Below, in pieces: positions 27,434-38,930 of a stretch of DNA of 64,000 nt; the first letter of the stretch is position 1; each line of letters begins with the position of its first letter. The notes below the pieces were generated by a model, which made no database searches, was not told the origin of the DNA, and was given only the letters and a program-made list of their open reading frames with translations. The position numbers and the translations under genes are program-made. The stretch is taken from NCBI RefSeq assembly GCF_009914755.1, contig NC_060928.1; one strand, written 5' to 3'. Source of the stretch: the human T2T-CHM13v2.0 reference genome, Homo sapiens.

Positions 27434-29853
27434 TCTCAGTTTTCCCTTATGTGTATCTTGAAGATAATAAAAACATGTTAGAAGTCCCTCCTCTCCTCCC
27501 CATTATCTGTGGAACATTGACTTCATATTGCTTTGGTGACAGATTATAGGGAGAGTTTATCTAGAAGGTGTTTTGTGGTCTGTCTACAATGATGTAAACT
27601 GTTCTGCAAGAGATGCCTGGTTCAAATGTCTAAACTGGCTTTATCCATAAACATGATTAAGTTTCATAATAACCATGCAAACAAAATTTTCAATAGGAGT
27701 TAATCGTGGCTTGGATAGGTATAAATGTTAGTGACTGGAATAGATGAGCATCTCCTTTTAAGATAATTGCTTGTACGAACAATGAACAAGGACATCTAAA
27801 AGCCATTTCATGGGGAATTTTTTCCATTGACTCTTTGCTTGATTTTAACTACATGCAAAAAGCGCTTTAACCCAGCACCTTGGAAATAGTCATTGGGAAT
27901 AGTTCATCATCCTTTGCTTGGCAGACAGACATTGTGCTTTAAAGTACAAAAACCTGATCTCTGTCTCCTCTGGGTAGAGCACACTGTATTTTAAAAAATT
28001 TATACCCTCCTTTGTTTTTAGGGAAAATAGCATACTTAGGCCCATCTGTGGTGTCAATTACAAAGAAATGTCTGCAGGGAGACGGCCTTTCAGAGATTCT
28101 GGAAGGCTAAAGGTAGAGATACTGTTCACTCCCTGTTGAAGATGTGGCCTTTCACAGTGTTGGATGCTGTTGGGAGTGATCCAAGAACCAGCAGAGCCCA
28201 GTGTTAGTCAACAGCCTCTTCTGTGGATATGTAGCTTTTCTGAGATAGCAATGAAAAGTAGCATAGCAAGGTGTTTATTTATTATTATTATTATTATTTA
28301 ATGTAGATAACATCATTGGCAGCTGAATTCCCAAGATCAGAGAAAAACCATGTGAAACCTTCTGCATCTGTAGCCTTTTGTGTATCCCTTGCTTACCCTC
28401 TGATTTGTGTCTGGTGGTGTGTTAGACAACAAATGCATTTGCACTCATTTTTAATCATTGTGGTAGTTGGGTTAATTTTTTCTGAATGTGCTGTTTTTAT
28501 TGAACTGCACAAGTCTCCAGATTTATAATGGCCAAATCTGCAAGGACTATAGGCTTTCGTTGTTTCATTTGTTTGTTATTGGCCAAGTTCTTAGCAGAAA
28601 ACAAAAAGAATTCTCAGTTGATACCTAACTATAAGGGAAGAAAGAGATTTAAACTGAGTTTTGGGGAATATTCTTGGGCAACGCAAAAACACAGATGACA
28701 TTATCATGGGTTCTGCTTGCAGGGGAATCAGAAGAATAATGGTAATGATCTTAGTAAATTAAGATTTTAAAAGTTGATTTATCCTTCTTGCCATTTTAAT
28801 CCTTTTTTAATTTATATTTATTTTTTAACATTTGGGATATATGATATGTAAAAAAATATTCTTTTTCTAGGTAACACAGCTGGGATCTCATTTATGAAAT
28901 ATTTGATATATTCAATAAAGACAGACAATGATTTGCTTAATTCTTTTGCCTTAATGCAAATGGTTCAGAACAGAGCTTTGATACATAATCTACACCTTTG
29001 TTTATGTGTCCATATAAAACTATGGAAATCTAGTATTAAGCAAGTCACATTTCTCATACTTAATGTGTTTTAAATAAAACAATTTTTACTTTTCCCAAAG
29101 TTTCTTGGTCTTTTCTAACTATATCATCATTTTATTAAAAATAATTGAATGAACTATGATAATGAAGCAGGCTTGTGAAATATCTCTCCTGCCTTGAGTT
29201 GTTCACTTGCTTGCATGACTTTAACCTGTTTTGAAGGCATATTAACAATAATTAATAACCTCAAAGGAAAAGGTGAATAATAAGTAGCAAATTTAAACAG
29301 ATGGCATTATAGCTAAAATGTGTGCAGTAGGAAACAGAAGGGCCTGGTACTCAAGAGAAGATAATTTTGAAACATTTTCTTTCTCTTGGTATATTGTATA
29401 ACTGAAACACTCTCTCATGATAGGCTTTGAAGAAATCCTCTTAGTTTAAAACCTCTGATAGGAATGCCCAAGTGGGATTCTTTAACCACAGACTCTGAAC
29501 TATATCTCCTGATTTTTCTATAGAAAAATATCAGTGGGGATTTAATAAAAAAAAAAGAAGATTAGAAAGAAATATTTTCTGACATGAGTTGTTTTAACAG
29601 AATATGGAGAAACTGGGGCCAGACTGAGGAAGTTCAGCCCCTTATTGCTCTCAAAAACTTGAGAAGTTTTCTGAGGTTCCTGAAGCATGAGTAAAATTAC
29701 CTCTTTTTTTTTTTTTTTTGCCTGTCAGTCACTGTTTAGTAATAAAAGCACCTGTGATTGAAAATGTCATGGCAATTACTAGCTGGAAAATTCTCCTAGA
29801 AGCTTGTTAATAACACTATTATTACATTAAAAATTACCAAAGTGATATTTTTG

Positions 29854-29857
<4 letters not shown>

Positions 29858-29885
<28 letters not shown>
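29858..29885. repeat. Poly(T)28 tract
   Basis: Uninterrupted T run. Confidence 0.9.
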
Positions 29886-29888
<3 letters not shown>

Positions 29889-30963
29889 AATAAAGACAAT
29901 ATAGTCTCTTCTTTTAATTCATTGCATACCTTACAGATAACAAAGAGTAAAGGGTGATGGTCAGGTAATATGTATGAAAACACAGACTGCAATATGTACA
30001 GAATATTATTTTATTATTTTCTTTTTAATTTAACAAGCACTTGACAAACTCTGCATGTGACATCAGTTCTAATTCTTAGACCCCAAAACTTACACAATAA
30101 TTCTGACCATGAAAATGAAGCAAATTGAAAATATTTTATGTCATTCTTAAGAATATGCTTGGAAACATCTTCCAGTAATGAGCCAAAAGAGGCTAAAGTA
30201 TCAGTATTTTGGCCTTCAGGTTAAAACAATTTAGAATTCTTAGTTTCTTTTCCTTTTTTTTTTCCTGATCCTGGAAACATCTGGGAAGTTAACAGAGAAA
30301 GCCTTCAGCCTTCTCTAAATGTGACAGAATTCTTGTCTCGGTTGATTAGGAAGTTGAGCCACAGTAATGAATGAGAACACCTTTGCCAAAGGTGATTTGC
30401 ACAAGGTCCCTGTAGGTTAGTACAAGTCTCACGGTAAAGAAATGTTCATCTTTGTGGAAGCTGATTCTAAAATATCCCTGAGGAAAGAAGAATGAAGGAT
30501 CCAGACAGATGAAGGAGGCCATCTGGATCAGGCAAAACAAGCAAAGAGAGGACTTGAGGCTTTCCATTTCAGGCACGTTGCTGAAGAAACTGGCATCCGG
30601 CTTCAGAAGTACCTAAAAAAATCAGAGATAAACAACTAGGAAAAGCCACATGTGCCTTGATATTGTGTATTGCACTTATGACAGAATTTAGGAAGGCCTT
30701 TCACAGCATCTAGGCCTATATTATTACTGTACAGATAAGGAAACTGAGGATAAGTTCAGAGTTAGGTCTAGAACACATGTCTACCAGCAGATTTCACATT
30801 GCAATGCAGAATTAGGGATAAGGGAGTAAAATATTCAATAAAGTATTTCTGCATATGCTGCCCCTGTTAAAGATCAGCCATTATGCTCTAACGAAGTCCA
30901 ATTGAAGAAAGATAGCTCAGAGAATTTGAGTATTTGAAAACCTTACACATGAGTGTTCAAATG

Positions 30964-31301
30964 TGATAAGGCTTGGCTCTGTGTGCCCACCCAAATCTCA
31001 CCTTGAATTTTAATAATTCCTACATGTCAAGGGCAGGGCCAGCTGGAGATAATTGCATCATGGGGGCAGTTTCCCCCATATTGTTCTTGTGATAGTGAGT
31101 GAGTTCTCATGAGATCTGATGGTTTCATAAGCATCCGGTATTTCCCCTGTTGGTACATTCTCTCTTTGCCTGCTACCATCCATGTAAGACCTGACTTGCT
31201 CCTCCTTGCCTTCTGCCATGATTGTGATTAAGCCTCTTCCTTTTGTAAATTGCCCAGTCTCTCATATGTCTTTATCAGCAACATGAAAATGAACTAATAC
31301 A
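30964..31301 (+). mobile_element. THE1 solo LTR with an internal deletion of about 30 bp
   Basis: TGATAAGGCTTGGCTCTGTG...GAACTAATACA; perfect TSD AAATG (30959, 31302). GGCCTCCCCAGCCATGTGGAACTG is missing after ATGATTGTGA. Confidence 0.95.
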
Positions 31302-31929
31302 AAATGATAAACAGATCTCTAGACAACAAGAGGCCAGATACAAACAAGGAGTCACCAGTTGTCTGAAGTTCTTCTGTGGTTCAAATTCAAGCTAATGCTT
31401 GAGTACTGGACTCAAGCAGGGGTCCTGAGAGTTCTGGCTTAGTGTGGGTATGAAGCCAGACTTGCCACAAGCCTGCAGGTGAGGGGTCAGGAATTTAGCA
31501 TCCTTGGGTTTTGCTGAGCTTTAGAGCCCGTGCCAACAGAATGTGCTAAAGCATCGACTTAAAACTATTGGTCTGAGCAGTAGAAATTGAGTATGAAGCA
31601 ACCAGGTAGAAACTGGATGCAAGAGAAAGAAAAGCTAGATTAAACAGAAGGTTATGGGGTGACATTCTAGAGACTTTTAAAGGACAGCCTGATGCCATAC
31701 CAGGTGGTGGAGAAGAAAATCTTCAGGGTGCTAAATCAGTCTAGACTTTATTGTTGGTGATCATTTCAGAGGAAACTGAGTTAGGAGATGAAGGAAGTGT
31801 GGTGGGGAATATGTGTTAGAAGGTTTGCTTTGAGGCTTGACTTGGGAAAATGTCCCTGGTCCACTGTGTAGGTGTGAGTCGAGGTGGTTAGAATACAAGA
31901 CGATGACTGGGAAGAACTGTTGACTGTGC

Positions 31930-33030
31930 CTTTTTCATTCAGACAATAAATATTCATGAGCATCAATTTTGTGCCAGGCACTGGAGATACAACAGTGCCC
32001 ATGGCAGAAAGGGCATCTGTCTTGATGGTGCTTATTGTATTTAGAAAATGCCATAAGAAGATAGATACATGAATAAACATAAGTACAGATGTAAAATGAA
32101 AGAAATAAAAATGGGATATCACAAGGTGAAGAGTTTTTTCAAGAAGATGGTGTGGGAAGGTCTATCTGAATAAACATAAGTACAGATGTACAATAAAAGA
32201 AATAAATAATGGGGTATCACAGGATGGAGAATTTTTGAAGTAGAGGTTGTGGGAAGGCCTATCAGACAAGATGGTGTATAATCAGATGAGAAGCATTGAT
32301 CTGTTTTAGAAGCAGAAGAAAAGCATTTCAGGCATAGAAAAGAGCAAATAAATAGGGACTGAGGGAGGAAAAGTTTCACGTTGTTCTAGGAACTGTCACA
32401 AGACCATTTGACTGGAGCATAGCAGGCATGGGGGAAAATAGCATGAGGTGAGTTTGGGGAGGCAGGCAGGGAGAAGTTTGTAAGGCATTATGGGTCTTGG
32501 TAAGTGTGGTAACCACTCTCCTGAATGGTCCCCAATGATACACTGTGTGGTCCTTTTGCACACTTTACCAGGATTAGTCTTTGTTACCAATAGAGTATGG
32601 CAGAAATGGTGATATGTGACTTCTGAGATTGGGTTATAAAAAACAATGTGGCCTCTCTCTCTTTCTCTCTATCCCTGTGTGTGTGTGTGTCTCTCTTTCT
32701 TAGATCATTTGCTCTGAGGGAAACCAGTGGCTATCTTGTTAATAACCTTATGAGGAGGTTCACCCTGTGAGCCTCACGAGTAGGCTTGGACATAGGTCCT
32801 CGAGCCCTAATCAAGCCTTCAGATCATTGAAATTCCAGCCAACAGCTTGATGGCAACCTCATGAGAGACCTGAAGTCATTAAGCTAAACCCACTTCCAGA
32901 TTCCTGACCCTTAAAAACTGTGTGAGATGAAAAATTGTTGTTGTAAGCTGCTAAATTTGAGGTCATTTGTTACCTAGCAATAGTAACTCATATTGTAAGG
33001 ACTTTGGATTTTGTTTAAGTACAATGTCCT
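31930..33030 (-). mobile_element. L2 3' region interrupted by MLT1F
   Basis: TTCATTCAGACAATAAATATTCATGAGCA...TGTGCCAGGCACTG; resumes GTAAGGACTTTGGATTTT after the LTR. Confidence 0.8.
32505..32994 (+). mobile_element. MLT1E/F-like solo LTR
   Basis: ACCAATAGAGTATGGCAGAA...GACTTCTGAGA...AAGCTGCTAAATTTGAGG; perfect TSD GTAAG (32500, 32995). Confidence 0.9.
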
Positions 33031-33354
33031 TTAGAAAAAAAGGAAAGAGAGGTCTTGGAAACTGTCACTAACTTGAAGGTTGACCAAGTAACCTTTTGAG
33101 ATAGTGTTCAGTGATGATTTGCTGGACCCCTTGCCTTTAGACAGTGATATATTGTCTCCTTGTGTTTAGAACTCTAATACCAATAGAATCAAGAAGTTGT
33201 TCTATTTGCAGTCTCCTTGAAAACAAAAGCAGGACTACATTTAAAGCTGTAATAAAATAATGTTATTCTATTCAGTCCCAAATGTTATCCTTCCTAGACA
33301 CTTGGTACATCATTGTCTACTCTAATCCAATTCAGTAAGCATTTTTAGAGAAAC

Positions 33355-33668
33355 TTTTTTTTTTTTTTTTTTTGAGACAGAGTTTCACTCACTCTGTTGC
33401 CCAGGCTGGAATGCAACAGCATGATCTTGGCTCACTGAAACCTCTGTCTCCCAGGTTCAAGCAATTCTCCTGCCTTAGCCTCTGGAGTAGCTGGGACTAT
33501 AGGCATGCATCACCATGCCTGGCTAATTTTTTTTTTTTTTTTTTTTTTAGTAGAGATGGGTTTTCACAATGTTGGCCAGGCTGGTCTCAAACTCCTGATC
33601 TCAAGTGATCCCACTGCCTTAGCCTCCCAGAGTGCTGGGATTACAGGCGTAAGCCACTGTGCCCAGCT
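33355..33668 (-). mobile_element. AluS (Sx/Sz-like)
   Basis: Full dimer; TSD GAGAAACTTT (33348, 33669); central linker expanded to a pure T run. Confidence 0.96.
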
Positions 33669-34269
33669 GAGAAACTTTAAGAGACAGTTCTGTGTTTAGT
33701 GTTGTGAGGCCAGGCCTATGGCCAGAGTCACAGTTCCTGTCCTCTAGTTACTCACAATCTAAGGTGGAATTGGATTATTTTATATTCTGTCCAAATTGGT
33801 GCTCTCTCCCTTCTCTTCCCTAACACTTGATTCTTGTTTTTGATAAGGATGCTGAAACTGCAGAACACCAACAGACGAAGACTGGTCTAAGGATTTTTTC
33901 TTTCTTTTTTTCCTAACAAATACAAGTACTATCTGTATTGTTTCCAGTCCTATGTAGAAATTGAGATTTTCTGACCTGAGGAGATTGGGTCAGGAGTTTA
34001 TAAGCTTTCTTGTTATTAAAGTGGTGGTAAGTGGGTTACTCTGAAGCTTGTAGCTAAGTCCTTGTTGAGGCAACTGGTGATTAACCTAAGGTCAGGTCCA
34101 TTGTCACATCCAGTCACTCTTTTATATTACCATACTTAGGGCATCGAGAGACAAGCTTTACCCTAGTTTTACATACCATAAAAAGCAAGTAAGCATGGTT
34201 TAAAAACACGCCTTGAACATCTACATGCATCTCCTTTTGTTGCAGATGTTCTCTCTCTTTTTTTTTTCA

Positions 34270-34402
34270 TCACCACAATTCCTCCTCTGCCTCCAATCTG
34301 GCCCCTGGTAACCGCCATTCTACCCTCTGCTTCTGTAAGTTTGAGTTTTTTAGATTCCAGATAGAAGTGAGATTACCTCGTATTTGTCTTTCTGTGTCTG
34401 GC
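34270..34402 (-). mobile_element. L1MA-like 3' fragment
   Basis: CCCCTGGTAACCGCCATTCTACCCTCTGCTTCTG...TTTTAGATTCCA...TATTTGTCTTTCTGTGTCTGG. Confidence 0.8.
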
Positions 34403-35564
34403 CAAAAGTCTCTCTCTTAGTGCTATACAGAGATCTCTACATACCTTCCTTTAGAAAAGTAGACAATGAATACTTTCTCTTAGTTCTTTCTGATATCTAA
34501 GAGAAGCAAAAAACCATTGCCTGGCAGTGACAGGATATCTAGGAGAAACAAAAACCATTGCTTGGCAGCATCAGGCTGATTATAGGAATATTTTTTTCCC
34601 CAAGGGCCTCCTAAAACACAAACACACCCAGAACAAATACTAATATATGGCAAAACCTGATAGCTGTGCCACTGAAGGTGCATATTTCAAGGTGCCTTTG
34701 AGATTTGGGTACCTCATTTTGGAATTCTGAGCAGTCTTCATAGGCAGGTCCATCATCTCAGTGGAGAAGGAGGTCAGCTGGGTGCACCGAGGCAGAACTG
34801 ACTGGCTAAATTGCCAATGGCCGCAGAATGATCCAGCAACAGTCTGAAGCCAGGAGGACAGAAACAGCTGTATCCAAGAGGCATTGAAATCTGTCTCTAA
34901 TTACATTCGCCCAATAAAAGCTTGGTTATTTACCATTGGAGAGATGCTCATAACAGCATTTACATCTTTCATCCTTCCAAATAATTTTGCCAGGTTTTTT
35001 TTTTTCTTCCCCTAGGTTTGAAGGGCCAAATGTTGAGAAAGCACATTTCCAGAATGTCCTGTTTTTTGTGTGATGCAATGTAAAATCATCTAGTAATTTC
35101 AGATGCTAAGGAGGGATGTCTGCTTCTTGAAAAAGAGAGTGAGTCTGTTCACCAGGACTCCACTGTGTCTGTGTTGTGGTCCTGGGAAGATTAACCAGCC
35201 ACAGTTCTTCATTTATCTGATGGCAGCTAGCCCGGGTTAACATTCAGAGTGAGTCCTAGTGGTAGAGGTTTCCACAGTCCAATGGTGCATAAGTACTATT
35301 CCATTAGTAGTGGGAGCAACATTTACAGGTCAATAAAGACTTCATAAAATGCTTTATATGCTGATGTCAGCTAGCACCTAGCACACACGGGTAGCCATTA
35401 AACTGGTGCGTTTGCTGAACGGAGTTCATTTTCAGAAACTTTTCAATGAGACGTTCCTAAACAGAAGTGTTAGCACAGCACACAGGAATTGTACTGTTTT
35501 CTGAAGCCTCAGTCTTAGCCCAACTGCCTGATTGTAATTTGAAAAATGGCATTTAGCAGTTTCT

Positions 35565-35855
35565 ATATAGATAGCATAATGGTTACTATGATTAGCTTCA
35601 GAACCAGACAGACTTGAGTTCAATGCCATCTTTGTTTCTTACGTGATGTAAGCATGAGTTCTTTAATCTTACTGAGCCCGGATTTCTGTCGTGTGTCACG
35701 TGGGGAGAATATTACAGCTAAAGCAAAAGGAGAATGCCTTTTCACTATTCTTGATTCCAAGGGAGACATAGTCTTGGCTTTGATAATATATGCGAAGTGC
35801 TTAGAATATTGTCCAGTTCACATTAGGCATTCCATAAGTGGCCATTATCATTATT
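35565..35855 (+). mobile_element. MIR (interrupted)
   Basis: GCATAATGGTTA...CCAGACAGACTTGAGTTCAA...AAGTGCTTAGAA. Confidence 0.65.
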
Positions 35856-38044
35856 GGAAGTTATTCTGACTCCCTGTGTACTAATTGGGAAATTGAGGGG
35901 TGGCTGATGTTATTGCCGCTTACTCTATGACTTGTGAGAGAGCAGAGTTAGACACAGTTCTTGCTTTTCAGTCTGATGTGGTTTTCACAGTTCTTATTTA
36001 CCTTAGATGGCTTGGACTGAAAAAATCCATGTAGGAGGCATCCTTGCAGATCATATATTAACAAAACAAATAGAACAAATTTCTTCTTTTTCTCTTAAAA
36101 TAAATACTTTGTATAGGCCGAGCTACCCACTCCATCTTTTCTTCCTTCCCATCCTTTCTCAACCCACGTAGGCCTAGCTTTCAGTTACCCATTTTTGAGA
36201 CTGGGGACCTGTCAGTCAATATCTGCTCACCTCACATGCTCCAGTTTTCTTCCATTAGGACACAGAAACATAATTAAATGGTGAGTAGGAATAAAACACA
36301 GAATATATTATTTTCTGTTTCGTTTTGCTGCTTAATTCCTTTCAAACTCATTCAGCATATTGGTAAGCCTGAGAAATAGGTGACTAGGTGATTAGATCTC
36401 ATTTACCTCGTCGTCTCTGATCAACTGACAATAATTTTCTGGGACATTGTCTTCTGAAGGATTTTCTGATTATGCGTGTAGGTTCAACAGTGAAAAATCA
36501 TAGTGGCCAATTTAAAATGACTGCTATGGGTGCAGAAAATGAAGGAGAGGTGGTGGTGTTGGTACCGGGTATTCCATCCATGCCTTAAGATACTGGGTTA
36601 ACAGCAGCGTGAGAAAGTCTTTCAGAGCAGGAGTCATTGCTGATCCATCTTGATAAATCCTAACATACATTTGGTGCTTTGCATTTTGTTTTTCAGATTT
36701 ATTTATTTATTCAGCAAATATTTGTTGAGTGCCTACAGCATTCCAGGAACCTTGTTATCCAACTAGAAAAGTGTGTTCCCCTGACAATATACAAGCTGTA
36801 CTGAATTCAGTAGTTTACCATTTCCTTTTTCTATCTCTTCTTTATTTCATTTCTGAATTTCGTGTCAGTTCATGCCTTCATTATCTTGACCTGAACTGTT
36901 ATAACCATGGTTTTCTAGGGAAAAACCGAGTACCCCACTCCATCAACTGCCCGAGGTTTTAAAGCACATTTGTAAGTTCTCCCAGGGGAGAGAAGAAGCA
37001 ATAGTGAGGGAGAAGAGAAAGCAAGGAAGGCCAAGTGGTAGAAACCAAGTTGAAAAGTACTGCCATTGAGAGATTACTGGGAGAAAAAAACGAGTTTATT
37101 TGGAGATAGTTTTCAAATAACCACAGATACCAAGAAAGACAAATTTTCTCTTGGAAAATTTCTCTTGGAATTTGGTAGATGGGCACACCCACCTTCTTAT
37201 TTTTATAAGCTGTAAAAGCTTATGACTGTGACAGTCTCCTAAATGGTGTCCTAACCATCATCTTACACTATCCATTCCATCCTGCCCACTGTTTCTAAAT
37301 AAGTTTTTTCAAGATGTGCACCTCCAGTCATGTCACTCCTCTGCTTAGAGCTCTTTGATGGCTTCCATTGCCCACAGTAGAAGTTTTTGTTAGAAATTAT
37401 CAATGCATTAGGATAACTTGTAAACTGTGTACCACATATCTGCTATTAGCTGAGTTTCAGTGTTAAAGATTGGGAATAATTTACTTTTTAAGTGTAAATT
37501 TTACAATTTTGAATTCCATTATTCTTTGGGGTTGTGAATGATCAGCAGCCAATCTTTTCTAAGTTGTGGGCTACACCATGTGGCATTTCCCACCAGTGCT
37601 TGTCATGATGTCATTGTTATTATTTCACTCAGAATCTGGGATTGTCCAGGCATATGTATTCAACATTTCACCATCAACTGTCATAGATTTTGCAGTAGAA
37701 TAGCCTCTAGCTGATCAAATAAAGTCCAGACTTTGTAGAGGCTTTGTGATGACCCTCTATTCTCATCTTGTTTATCTCTCTAGACAAATCTTTGAGAGTT
37801 CCACCTCTTACTCTGTCAAAAATGTTTTTCTACAGCCCCTCCTTCCAATCAATTTAATGAACCCCTCAAATATTTTAAGATCACAATTCAATTCAAGCAT
37901 TACTTATAAGGTCTACCTTGATCCCTTTCTCCCTGCTTCTGGTAGAATTGAGTGATCACATAATTGCACAATAATTAAAAAAATGAGGACACCTGTCTCT
38001 TCATTTCTCATTCATTTCATCAGATCCCAGTAGAAAGTACCTAT

Positions 38045-38428
38045 TGCATCAGTCAGGATAGTCAGGGCCTGCTGTGAGAACAAACAATCCTCAAATCTCA
38101 GTGGCTTGCCACAACAAAGGCTTATTTGTTGCACCTGGTTCATGTTCATTGTGAATTGGCTGGCATCTTTCTCTACACCATCATTCAGAAATTCAAGGTG
38201 AGTCAGAGTCCACTGTCTTAGACACCGCTGGTTATTGTAACAGAGGAAAGACAGGGTCTCACAGAGGCTACTCCATCCCACTGTTATTTGTATTTCTGAT
38301 TCATCACTTATAACTATTAGCATGACGCTATTCAAACACACAAAAAAGCCAGGAAACACAGGATTATCCTATGCATGTGAGGCAGAGAGCAAGAAATATC
38401 TGGCAAATATTACTTATTATGACCACAT
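38045..38428 (-). mobile_element. MLT1K/L-like LTR
   Basis: AACAAACAATCCTCAAATCTCAGTGGCTTG..ACAACAAAGGCTTATTT...TTATGACCACA. Confidence 0.75.
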
Positions 38429-38699
38429 TTGCCCAGATAGAAAGCAATCACGGTATTCCCTAGAGTTATGGAGGGGCCTATTTTTCTGGGCACATTTGTG
38501 TGACATATATGGACATACTCGGCTGTTCCTTAGCAAAGAAGAATAACTGATAATATACAAGGTGCGCTGTATACAAGGTATGTCTCTGTCACACCTTGTG
38601 TCTTCAACTCCTACAGCCAGGTTCAAGGGTTGGGGGTTCTAGAAGCTTCATAGAACACATCCTGTTTCTATTTCTATGGATATCCTAAGTAAGCTTTGC

Positions 38700-38930
38700 A
38701 TATCTAAAAACTCTTTGTGAACCATTGTGCTGGGAACTTCATATATAACATCTCACGTCTCGTCCAATAATCCTATGAGGTAGATATTGTTTTCTGGACG
38801 GGGAAATAGAATACTAGAGAGGATAAATAGCTTGCTCAAGGTCACAGAACTAAAATGTGGTGGAACTAAATTTAATTCCAGCCTGTCTTCTGAATCTGTA
38901 ACTTTTATTTTTCTTTTTACCTCTGCAGCA
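38700..38930 (-). mobile_element. MIR
   Basis: CCTATGAGGTAGATATT...CTTGCTCAAGGTCACAG. Confidence 0.75.
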
